Source of the DNA: an uncultured Sulfitobacter sp.
GTDB taxonomy: Bacteria; Pseudomonadota; Alphaproteobacteria; Rhodobacterales; Rhodobacteraceae
Direction: 5' to 3'
DNA length: 64,000 nucleotides
Assembly: GCF_947500075.1 (NCBI RefSeq)
Contig: NZ_CANMQS010000012.1
Coordinates: 1,233-65,232 of the forward strand
The notes under the pieces are model-generated. The model saw nothing but the letters and a program-made list of their open reading frames with translations, was not told where the DNA came from and made no database searches. Shown in pieces: positions 36,542 through 47,600 of the stretch. Each line of letters opens with the position of its first letter. Position 1 is the stretch's first letter. The position numbers were made by a program, and so were the translations under genes.

Positions 36542-38533
36542 CTACGGGCTCCAGCGCCAGGCGACCATTTTCGCCCAATTCACCAACCGGCGCGTCCAGA
36601 TGGAGACAATCAGACGCTCATCAATGGCAACCCGTCCGATGCCTTCCATGTTTGGACGCACCCAATCGGGTGCACTGTCCAATTCGGCTTCGACCCGGAA
36701 ATAATTGCGCCCATCCCGTTGCATTGCCACCGGCGTGATGCCCTGCACGGTGAAGAACAGGGGGGTATCCGGGCTGGACGAGAGGCGCAACTGACCTTCG
36801 TGGCCCACGTCAAGCTGTGCAACGTCTGTCTCATCTACCTCCAACAAGACACGGAAACTGTCGAGCGGGGCAATCTTGAACAATTCCTGTCCGCGATTGA
36901 CGGAAGTGCCGACAAGCTGGCTCAGATCACCGGAGACCAGAATGCCCTCAAACGGAGCCTTGATCAGTGTCCGGCTCAATTGTTCGTCCAACAGTGCAAG
37001 CTGTGCATCCGCTTGATCAATCTGGCTGCGGATGATGTTGGCTTCCGCCCGCTCACCAGTCGCCAGGGCGCGGTCAAACTCAATCAGGCGTTGGTTGCGC
37101 GCAGTGGTCCATCGCAGACGCTCAAGCCGCAGGTCACGGTCGTTCAGCGTGGCCAGCACGTCCTCTGCCCCGACCTGCGCCCCAGCCCGCACGGTTTCGG
37201 TCTGGATGTAGCCATCGAAGGGCGCCACGATGGTTCGCTGCACCGACCCTTCGACCCGCGATGGTGCGGATACGGTGAAGGTCCCTTCGGTTGTCGCACC
37301 CAGATAGATGACTGCCGCCAAACCAATGGTAATCAGCTTGCGCCAGAAATAGCGCGGACCCAGAAGGGCAACGATCTGGCGTCCGATGGTGTCGAATATC
37401 TTGGTGATCAACCAGCGGTCGTTCTTGCGCTGCTCGTTCAGGATTGGGGCGATAAGGCTGGCGATCACATCGCAAAGCTCCACTGTTTCCTGATCGAAGG
37501 GTTCATCAGCCGGACGTTCCATGGTTAGGGCACCAAACATCTCCCCCTCTGCACGCAGGGGCACCGTCAGAATGCTGCCGGCCATGTGCGCGTGATAGAG
37601 GTCCTTGTGCATACGCGTGATGCGGTAGTCCCAGGCCTCCGGGGCGGGGTAGAGGATCACGTCTTCCTGATCCAGCGCTTCGTCCATCGCAAGACCGATA
37701 TCGCGCACCAGATTCATCCGACTGCCAAAGCCGGAGGTATGGCTGAGTGCTGCCACGCGGATGCGTTTACGTTTCAGGAACCCAAGGGCCACCTGCTCAC
37801 ACCCAAGGCGGCTGGCCAGTTCGGTCACCAGAGCAGAACAAGCATCCGAAAAGCGCCGTTGTTCAAGCGCGACAGCGACGAAATCCAAGGCCTTGAGTGT
37901 CCGTGCGTGTAGGGCTGAATCCTCGGCTCCCTGCTCCCGGCGTAGCAGGGCTTCAAGCCAGCCTGTGCCCCAGCGCAATTGGTGCAGGGCGTCAGCAGCC
38001 GCCATGCTGTTGGACCCCAGTGTGACCGCCACAGTGCCGTAGATCTTGTCCTCCAGCATCAAGGGCAGTGCCAGTGTGCCGCCGCTGCCGCCTTGCGCGG
38101 CACCGACAACGACGCTCTGCTTTTTGCTCAGCGCTTCATTGGCGGCCTGCATCAAGGCGTTGGAGACGTCATCGGTTCCGGGCCACGTGGCAACCGGTGT
38201 GAAGGGACCGACTTCCGGCTCTCCCAAGACGACCACGGCCGCGGTTGCCCCGGTGATATTGCGGCATTGCAGACCCAGCCAGGCGCGTACAAAACCTTCA
38301 CCAGAACTGGCGTTCAGGAACTGCGCCCAAAGGGTATGCTCCAAAACAGCCACCCGTGGTTCAGAAGCCCGTTCCGTCTTGGCTGCCTTGGTGCTGACGA
38401 TCCCTTTCTGCGGGGTGATCCGACTTTTGCGGGTGTCGCCATCCGCCTCACCATCCGGGTTCTGCCCGCCCTTTCGGACAGACATGAACGCGCCGGTTTC
38501 GGGCATATTTCGCGGTGTGTCCTGATCGGACAT
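36542..38533 (-). CDS. fusion protein: two cytoplasmic GAF-like domains, one TM, periplasmic HlyD-family adaptor
   Basis: 663 aa. The GAF-like segment ends ...SILTVPLRAEGEMFGALTMERPADEPFDQETVELCDVIASLIAPIL. TM is LITIGLAAVIYLGATT. HlyD part is APFDGYIQTETVRAGAQVGAEDVLATLND followed by a coiled coil. A 4-nt gap separates it from the next gene. Confidence 0.7.
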   Translation of the reverse strand: MSDQDTPRNMPETGAFMSVRKGGQNPDGEADGDTRKSRITPQKGIVSTKAAKTERASEPRVAVLEHTLWAQFLNASSGEGFVRAWLGLQCRNITGATAAVVVLGEPEVGPFTPVATWPGTDDVSNALMQAANEALSKKQSVVVGAAQGGSGGTLALPLMLEDKIYGTVAVTLGSNSMAAADALHQLRWGTGWLEALLRREQGAEDSALHARTLKALDFVAVALEQRRFSDACSALVTELASRLGCEQVALGFLKRKRIRVAALSHTSGFGSRMNLVRDIGLAMDEALDQEDVILYPAPEAWDYRITRMHKDLYHAHMAGSILTVPLRAEGEMFGALTMERPADEPFDQETVELCDVIASLIAPILNEQRKNDRWLITKIFDTIGRQIVALLGPRYFWRKLITIGLAAVIYLGATTEGTFTVSAPSRVEGSVQRTIVAPFDGYIQTETVRAGAQVGAEDVLATLNDRDLRLERLRWTTARNQRLIEFDRALATGERAEANIIRSQIDQADAQLALLDEQLSRTLIKAPFEGILVSGDLSQLVGTSVNRGQELFKIAPLDSFRVLLEVDETDVAQLDVGHEGQLRLSSSPDTPLFFTVQGITPVAMQRDGRNYFRVEAELDSAPDWVRPNMEGIGRVAIDERLIVSIWTRRLVNWAKMVAWRWSP

Positions 38534-38627
38534 GGCGTTCCCTGACGTGGTGGCTGGTGCGGGCGGCGTAATTGCCGGCCATCATCGGGGATAGGAGAAC
38601 ACCATGACCTGATGCAAATCAAGCATT

Positions 38628-38667
38628 GCTCAAAGAAGAACCGGCCTCTGTTGTATTAGAGGCCGGT
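38628..38667 (-). terminator. rho-independent terminator after the giant gene
   Basis: On the minus strand: ACCGGCCTCT-AATACAAC-AGAGGCCGGT (10-bp perfect stem, 38640-38667) followed by TCTTCTTTG. It begins about 20 nt after the TAG stop at 38687-38689. Confidence 0.6.
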
Positions 38668-38686
38668 ACTGTTTCTTGAGCTGATC

Positions 38687-41600
38687 CTATTTCAGCAATG
38701 AGGTCAGTTTGGACACAAATCCATTCGCCCCAGCGAGCCAGTTCACTGCACCAGAGCTGCCAGCGCCTTCAGATTCGCTGACTTCAATGGGGGCGCCAAC
38801 GCTGCCATCGTCATCCGCGTCACCGATTGCGGACAGGCTCCGTGCCGTGTCGGGATCAACGAACTGGCCGGTCACATCGTCAAAGACGAGGGTGGCAGGC
38901 GCATCAAAGCGTGTGCCTGTGTCCAGCGTTTCGTTCATCACATGTGACGGATCGAAGCCGATCAGGTGATCGTAGCCCAGTGTATGGCCCAACTCATGCG
39001 TCAGGGTAGACAGGATATCCATCCGGCCTTCCGCATCCGAGCCGTCCACCGCACGCAGGGTGCCTGCATTGTCAGCGACAAAGCCTGCCTCCTCAGCCGG
39101 ACGGACATCGACGAACCAGCCGTGATCAGCCGCGTTGACATCCACCAAAATGGTGTTGCCCTGCGCTGCTGCCAGTGCCTGACCCTGAAGATTTGCCACA
39201 CGGATTTCGACGTCACGCAAGGTTGCGATCTGTTCGTCGTCCAGATGACCGCTTTCTTCCCACAGTTCCTTTGCCGCTTCGAGGACTTCGCGGGCCTCAT
39301 CAAGGGTCACCCGTGCATCAGACACACCATCCGCATGGGTGGAGGCCGTCAGCATCACCATTTCCTCTGGGCATTTCACCGGTGCCGGGATGGTTGCAAT
39401 GAAGGGGTTCAGCTTGCCACGGATGGCGTTGTTGCTGTTCTCCCTCACAACCAGATCGGGCCGGTCTGCGGCAGCGATAAATTCTGCCAGCATGGCCTGA
39501 ACCAGTGTGTCACGTTCGGACTGCGGCAGGTTGTTGCCCGCGATGAAGTCGTTGCCGATGCCGCGGACGAAGTCTTCGCCGTTGCCACCCACAAGCGTAT
39601 CGCGACCCGCGCCACCTTCGACACGGTCCGACCCGTTTTCACCAAAGAGCAGATCACCCGGCTGCGAAGCTGAGCCCGGCTCACCGAAGAAGCCGCCACC
39701 CAGAACACGGTCGCTGCCGCCCTCGCCGCTGGCAAGGTCGATACCGTTGGACAGGTACAGGTTGTCGTTGCCGCCGCCACCAAGCGCCACGTGACGCCAC
39801 AGGGTGTCTTCGTCGGCACCTGGGATCACGAAGTCACGCGACCCGTTGGTGCTGGCGATCAGACCCATCCAGATGATGTCGTGACCTCCGCCGCCGTGGG
39901 CAAAGTCGTGTCCGCCGCCGGTGGCAATCTCATCGTTGCCGCGCAGACCCATGATCGCGTTGTTGCGGTCATTGGCCCAGATGTTGTCTGCAAACTCCGA
40001 CCCGACAACATCTTCGATATTGTCACGGGAGAACAACCGCACAGATCCGTCGGCATCGCCAAGGATGACGTCATCGCTATAGGCCTGAACCCCGATGTCC
40101 TGCAATTCAAGGGTGATACCCGTGTGGAAATTGCTGAAGTCGAGCACATCGCCGGTGTCGTTGGTCAGGCCATCGGGGATCTGTGCCCCGCCGCCATCAC
40201 CATCAGGATCAATGGAAGCCGGGAATGTCCCGCTTTCGATGATCATGTCGGAGCCAAGGCGGCTGCCGGCAAAGACGTAGTTGTCGTCGCCGATCCCACC
40301 ATAGGAGATGTCATCACCGCGACCGCCTTCGATGACGTCGCCACCGCCGATTGTCACATCCGTCAGCTTCAGACCCGTGACTGAGAAAGGATCGAAGTTT
40401 GGATGATCCTTGTTATCCGCCGGGAAGGTCTTGTTCAGGTCAGGTGTGCCGAGCTGGACAACTTCACCAGCGAACAGGCGAACCTGCGCATGATCACCGA
40501 CAGTGATATCATCCCCATCTTCACCATGCAGGAAGTCAGCACCATCACCACCCACGATCACGTCACCGTCCAATCCACCAAAGATCTGGTCGGAGGAGTT
40601 CACAAGGCCGAGCGCTTCGGAGTTCATCTCGTAGGTCACGCGGTCCAGCACACGGATCTGACCCTGGTCACCCAGCACGCGATCACTGTCGAAGTCACCT
40701 TGTGGAACGATGTTGTCCTTGTCGCTACCGCTCACGATTTGCAGCGCTGCAAGAGCAGGCATGTTGCGCCCGTCCTGTCCCGCCAGACGCAGTGAGAAGC
40801 CATCGCCAACGATGTCTTTGAAGACAAAGACGTTCGCCCGCAGGAACGGATCGCTGCCATCGCTGGTGACGAGCTCCCGATTAAACGCGAGGCCCCGTGG
40901 GTTCAGGATGGAATGCACGACACCATTTGCGTCAATCAACTCGATATCCACATCGAACCGCTCCGGGCGGAACTGCATGTCGATATAGAGGTAGACGTCA
41001 TAGGCATTTCCTGCACCGACCAACCCGTCAACACCGGTCAGGTCTGCACCTTGTACGCGGGCGCTGTTTTCGCGCATGTAGCCGTTGTACAGGCGACCCA
41101 GTTGGGTATCAGGGTTGATGGCAGAACTGTCACGGATCTGACCCACATGTGGGAAGCTCGAATCCAGTGCCCGACCAATCAGGAGGCTCACACCTTCCGA
41201 AGAGGTGAAACGTTCTGCTTCCTGACCTTTGGGACCGTTTTCGTCATCCAGACCATCCGCAGGATCAAAGAAGTCACCCAAGGTCCGGTTGTCGAGGTTC
41301 AGCCAGTTATCCGAAGCGACATAGCCTGTCGTTCCTTCAACAAAAGCCTCATCCACGGTCGATGACAGGTTGAACCCAAGCGACGTGATGTCAGGCGTTT
41401 CACCGTGCAGCGCGTCATCCACGCCATTGTGCACGCCGGTGTCACCGACATGGATGCAATCGTCGCCCTGACCGCCGATCACCATATCCTCACCGTTGCC
41501 GGTGATGATGATGTCGTTGAAGCTGAAGACTTCGGACGTGGTCTGGGTGCGCATATCCCGCAGCTCGCCCAGGTCGCCACCTTCTGGTGTGACGGTCCGT

Positions 41601-44600
41601 TCGGTCAGGGTGAATGTCGCGCGGCCATTGTCGCCAAAGACGGCATCATAGTCGGTCGCGCCCAGATCGGCATCGCCGGATGTATCGATGTAGTCATTGC
41701 CGGTCCCACCGAACACCACATCATCGCCGCCGCCAGTGAAGATGGCATCGTTGCCGCCAACTTCGATATCCACCGTCTCTGCCCGGTCAACAGGCAGGGA
41801 TTTGCCCACGATCTGAAGGCCCGCCAGGTTTGGACGGGTCGCAAACAGCGCGCCGGGAGGTGCCGTGACTTCAATCACCAGACGCCCGTCGGTCAGGCCG
41901 GATACAGCGACGTAGTTCCCGATTGTCGGATTGTTCACATCAGTGGATGTGGCCTGAATGTACTGGCCATCAAAGTGGGTGCCACGTGGATCAGCGATGT
42001 AGATCGGATCATCCGACCCGATACGTGCAACCCGTGTCCCCAGCCCGTCAGGCGAGTTGTCATTGTCAGCATCCATGTAGAGATAGACGTCATACTCGGA
42101 ATAGTACTGATCCAGCCCCTCGATCACGACCTCGATGGTCGAACGCTTGGCTGTGAAGATATACCCTTCGAACAGACGCTTGTCGTTGTCCTGACGTGGG
42201 TCGATCTCACGGTGTGCGTCGAAGCGCGCGGGATATTGACCGAAGATGCGGTTCTCGAGGTAATCCGCCTCTGACTTGAACGCTTCCTCGGCGAAGTCGT
42301 AGTCCTCAGGATCATAGCCGAAGCCGTCACTGAAATCATCGTCAAGGTAGGCTGGGACATCATCTGTCTTCACCCGCCATCCGATGGTCAGACCGGCAAT
42401 ATCAATGCCATTCTCATCAGTGATGAATTCACCCGCTTCGTTGCCAATCAGGCCCGATGGTGTGGTCAGGTTGTTCCAGTTGCCGCTGCGCGGTGCTGGC
42501 AGACCGTTGGTCGAGACACTGTCGTTTGTCCCTGCAACACCAATCACAGTCGCCCGACCCGGACGGCTGTCGAAGGAGAAGTTCAGATGTGTGAACTCTT
42601 CACCGCTCTGGTCTTCTGCCGAAGGCGCATCGAAGGTCTCGCTGCCGTTCAGGGTCAGGCGACCATTGTCACCAAAGACCACGTCGCGCACGTTCTGAAG
42701 TGTTCCGGTTTCGATGAAGTCATCACCGGCACCGCCCATGATCACATCTTCACCAACACCACCAAAGATCGCATCCTGGCCGCCGTTGTCGGAACCCACA
42801 CCGATAATCTCGGTGACGGTGTCAAAGTCGGTGGTCTGGATCTTCTGCAACAACTCTGGCGGCAGATTTGGATCCTCAACGGTCTGGATCACGATACCAT
42901 GATCCCCGAAGATGATGTCACGGAACGCGCCTTCTGGGGCGGTTGGGCCACCATCAATGCTGCCGGGTCCATCGCCAAACAGGACGTCATTGCCGGCAAC
43001 CAGATTATCGCGCACCGGCGATGGGTTTGGCTGCAATGTGGTGCCGTCAGAAGGCACATTCGGATTCACCGTTGGCAGTGGGCTTTGGTCGTCCACAGCG
43101 ATCAGCAGGGCGCGTGTCAGGATATCGACGTTCACGCCGCTGTCGCCATAGATGTGATCGGTGCCACGCTGGCCAAGGATGATGTCATCCCCTGAACCAC
43201 CCGCAAGGTGATCGCCTGCCTGGCTGCCGATGATCAGGTCGTTACCTGCCCCACCATAAGCCGTGATGCCCACGCTTGGCAGATCGGCTGTTGCCACATC
43301 CGCAAAGAGTGCGCTCGCGTCAATGATGTCGTTACCGGCGTAGTCGAATGGATTGGCCAATGGCATCACCCATTCGTCGTCCTCATTGTCGCCATCGGGC
43401 AGCAGTGGGAACGGATCGAATGGCTTTTCACCGAAGTCATAGCCAAGTACGGAGTAAGGCTCACCGGCGTACCAGTTGCCGTCCTGACTTGTGTCACCGT
43501 AGATGACCAGCGGGCTGTCAGGCCCTGCACCGCCCAAGACTTCGAACGTGTCGCCACCAATCAGGATGCCGCCATCAATCCGCGGATTGAAGCCCGAGAC
43601 CGTCACCAGACCTTCGATCTGGATGCCGATTGTCTCGCTCGTCAGCAGCATGGTGCCGCCGTCGATGGAGGCCACGGTGGATGTGCCCGGCAGACCTTCG
43701 ATGGTCACTTCCTGACCCACGAAGAAGCCAAGCTCTTCCCAATCGCCTTCGATGTTGAGTTCAAGGATACCTTCGCCCTTGTCACAGCAATCGATGTCGA
43801 TCTCGACCTGCGTCTCGACCCGCTCGGCCTTGGCCACGTGGATCTTCGCATCGTCCAGATTGCCCGTGGTGGTCAGTGGACCACCGTCGAGGATCAGGGT
43901 GGAGCCATCGCCCCAGTTGCCAAAGGCATCCACAGGCTCAAGGCTTGGATCAGCATCCACGATGTCGAGGATCAGACGCGTACTGTCTTCACCCTCAAGC
44001 TGGATGTAGTCACCCACCTGGAACTTGTCGCCCGCCCAGTCGAGACCGTCAAAGCGGGTCAACTCGATCGTGTCGCCTTCTTCGTTGGAGCCGAACAGAT
44101 CAATGCAGAGCTCAAGCGGCATGTTGCCACCACCGTGCAGGACGGTCAGACCGCCATGCGGACCTTGGACAGACAATTCCATCTCGACGACGGAGGTGCC
44201 GACGAAATCGGTGTTCTCAAGCACCAGCGTGTCGCCATCGTCTTCGATGCCGATCAGACGCACGGATTGCACACCCGCATCGGTCTTGATCTGCACCAGA
44301 TGACCAACGAGGAAGTTATCATCTTCCCAATCGCCGCCATCGGAGCGTGTCACACGGGTCTCTGTACCTGTTGTCGCCACGGCGAAGGTGCCGATGGTTT
44401 CAACCAGCGCATCCGTGGCAACCACGGTGATCTCGCCTGCAAGAACAGGCAGTGGATCACCTGACAACACCAGAATGGAGTTGTCGTTGGGGTCCTGACC
44501 CTCTGGCGTGACCGCATCGTCGATGCTTTCCACGGTCCACTGACCGGTCTGGCCTTCGATGGTCACGGTCTGGCCTGCGAGGAAGCCAAGACCCAGCCAA

Positions 44601-47600
44601 TCGATGCCTTCACGGCTGATCGTGCCACCATCGGTGCCGTTTGGCGTGATGGTGAATTCACCCGTGGTATCCACGAAGTTCGCAGGATTCAGCGTGCCTT
44701 CGACAGTCATCGTGTCGTTGCCCTGACCCAGCATCACATTCACCACTTCGATGGTGCTTGTGGTGTCTGCGGTCTGGAACCCGTCCGCACCGAAGGTGAT
44801 CCGGCCAAAGCTGATGCCACCCGGCACCACGGTGCTTTCGCCAAATTCGTTGGCGGACTGCGGCCCGAAGTCGAGCTCTTCTGCCATGCCGAAGCCAGTC
44901 AGCGTGGTTTCTGTCATCACGCCTGTGCCATTCTCAACGGAACTGTCGTTGAAGATGTTCAGCACATCGATCTGCTGGCTTTCAGGCGCCTGTGCCCCAA
45001 TGGCGAACAGGAAGTCGTCCTTCTCACCCGGCAGTTTCAGACCGTTCTGGAGCGAGCGATCCGCACCTGTAACGCCACCTTCGACCTGCAATGGGCCGCG
45101 AATGTTGGACAGAAGATGCGGAGACGCTGGGAAGACTTTGGAGCCTTCGCGCGTGATCGGTGTGTCAAAGAAGCTATCTGCTTCCAGACCGATGGTCTGC
45201 TGTACCCAGTAATCCGCATCGGTGAAGGTCGCCACAGCGGCGATGCGTTCTACGCGGACGTCCGTTGACCCAGACGTCAGCCATGCGGGCAAGGCGGCTG
45301 TGAAGTCAGTCACCTGAAGCTTCTCATCGTTGGTGTCGTTGTCACCGCGAATGAGTTCGATCTTCATTTCGATCTCGTTGGCAGCGTTGTTGAGATCCGT
45401 CACACGGATCCACTGCCCTTCGAGGAAGCCATCAGCCAGCCAACCGGTGCCATCTGCACGGACCAGCTGCGGCCCGCCAAACTCAGGATCGGCGTCGAAT
45501 GCGCTGGTCACAGTGCCTTCATAGATACCAATACGCGCCAGATCGAAGAGGATTGCCGCTTCGGCTGTCGCCTGACCCGCGCCGGTGAAGGCTTCGGTCA
45601 GTGTAATGGTCTGTGCAGTCACAGAAGCGATGAAGTAGTCCCCATCAAAGCCAGTGCCCAAACCTTCAACCCGGATCTGCTGACCGGCTGTGAAGCCTTC
45701 GTCAACAAAGGAGCCAAAGCCCTGCGCCACGCCATCACGGCTGATCGTGCCAACGCCACCGGCGTTTTCAGCCACAACCTGACCCTGGAACTGCTGCACA
45801 GGGCGCAGCGCCCCGACAGAAACATAGTCAGCAGGTGTCACGTTGACACCATTAACGCTGACGACATTGGCCAGACCGTCATTCAACAGCGCCACATCGA
45901 CATCCGCTGTGGGCGTACCTGTCAGACGGATGGTGTAGTCATCCGCAGGCGCCAGCAACGTGCTGCCACCGCTTTCCTGAACAAGTGCACCGGCGGTGTC
46001 GTTGTCCAGCACGGTCACATCCAGGAAGCCGGGATCAGACCGCAGGTTCGGGAAGATGTAATCGGCCTGCGTGGTTGCATCATCACGCTCCACCATGATC
46101 ACGGCACCCTTGGTGTCCTCGATCCGGGCGTCGTCACGCGCTTCCACATCCACAACCACACCGGTGTCCCAGTTGGCAGTGGTGAAGGTCACCCGCAAGA
46201 AGCCATCGGCCCCTTCGAATGCGCCTATATCCGCGCTGGTCAGCAGGATCTGCTTGTCGGCTTCTTCACCAAGCGCCAGCTTGACGACGATGCTTTCGCC
46301 CAACTCTGGCGCTTTCGACAGACGGACCAGCAGTTGGTCAGACAGACCTGTAACCGCATCACCTTCGATGACGGTGGTGTCCTGATCTTCGACAAAGGTG
46401 TTGTCGACAGGGCTGTAGCTGTCTTTCTCGATCTCGAAGATCTGCACACCCGGCGTGTCGTTGTCGCGCAGGTCGACTTCGACGTTGCGGACCGCGATGC
46501 CGTCGTAGGCTTCAACCTCAGCACCTGTGCCGGTCGCAATGACAGTGTGCTGGGTGACGACACGCTGGTCGCCCTCGGCCCGCAGATCATCGACTGCAAA
46601 CAGATGCACGCTTTGCGCCTGATCCCAGTTGGTGTGGTCAAAGCGGAGCACCAGTGAACGGTTCTCTTTGTTTTCGATCACGTTGTCGACGTTCACCGGA
46701 CGGGTGAACTCAACCGCTTGTGGATCGTTTGCATCGGCAGGTGCTGTGGACGACAGCCAGAAGGTGTCACCGACACCGCCGGGCAGACCGTCGTTGAACA
46801 ACGTGCCGTCCTGCTCTTCTTGCGTGGAACGCGCGCCGGAGACAGTGACATATACCACCTGTCCTGCCAGCAACTGTTCCGCCAGACGCACGGTGTAGCT
46901 GTCGGTTGCTGTCGCACCCGGACCTTCGGTGATCCCGGTGAAGCCGTCGGTTTCCTCGATCACGACAAGGCCGGTCTCTTCGCGCGGCACGTTGTAATCG
47001 AACCCGTCGACCAGCAAGCCATCGTAGGCCACATCGTCAGAGGACAGCAGATGGTTCACGGCACCGGAGGCACCTTCCAACTCGCGTGTCACGATGTCTT
47101 CGGTCACGTCACCCGCCACGTTGATCGTGTCAGAGCCGAGGCCTCCGATCACACGGTAGGCCACGCCGAAGGCCGTGGACTGGACAAAGAACTCATCGTC
47201 GCCTTCCAGACCGTCGACTTCGATCACCTCGATGGTGTCGTAGCGCACATTCAGACCAGCGCCGAGGATACCCTCATCCGTGATCACGAAGTCGTCGGCA
47301 AATTCGGTGCCGAGGATGACCACCTTGTCAAAGCCCGTGCCGCCCTCGATGGAGACAGGTGCGTTGACGTTGTAGCGCACTTCATCATCACCACCGCCGG
47401 TGCGCACATCAACCGGACGGTCGATGGAGAAGCCATTGGCGCCAATGATCGGCTGTGGCAGCCCATCATCGCCGAGGATGAGATCGCCGGATCCATCGAC
47501 CAGCGCCAGCGCGAAGGCGCGGACGGTGAAGGTGTCATCGTTGTCGCCACCTTCAAGACGCAGCTCAGACTGGTTGGAGTAGACGGTGAACGTGTCATTA

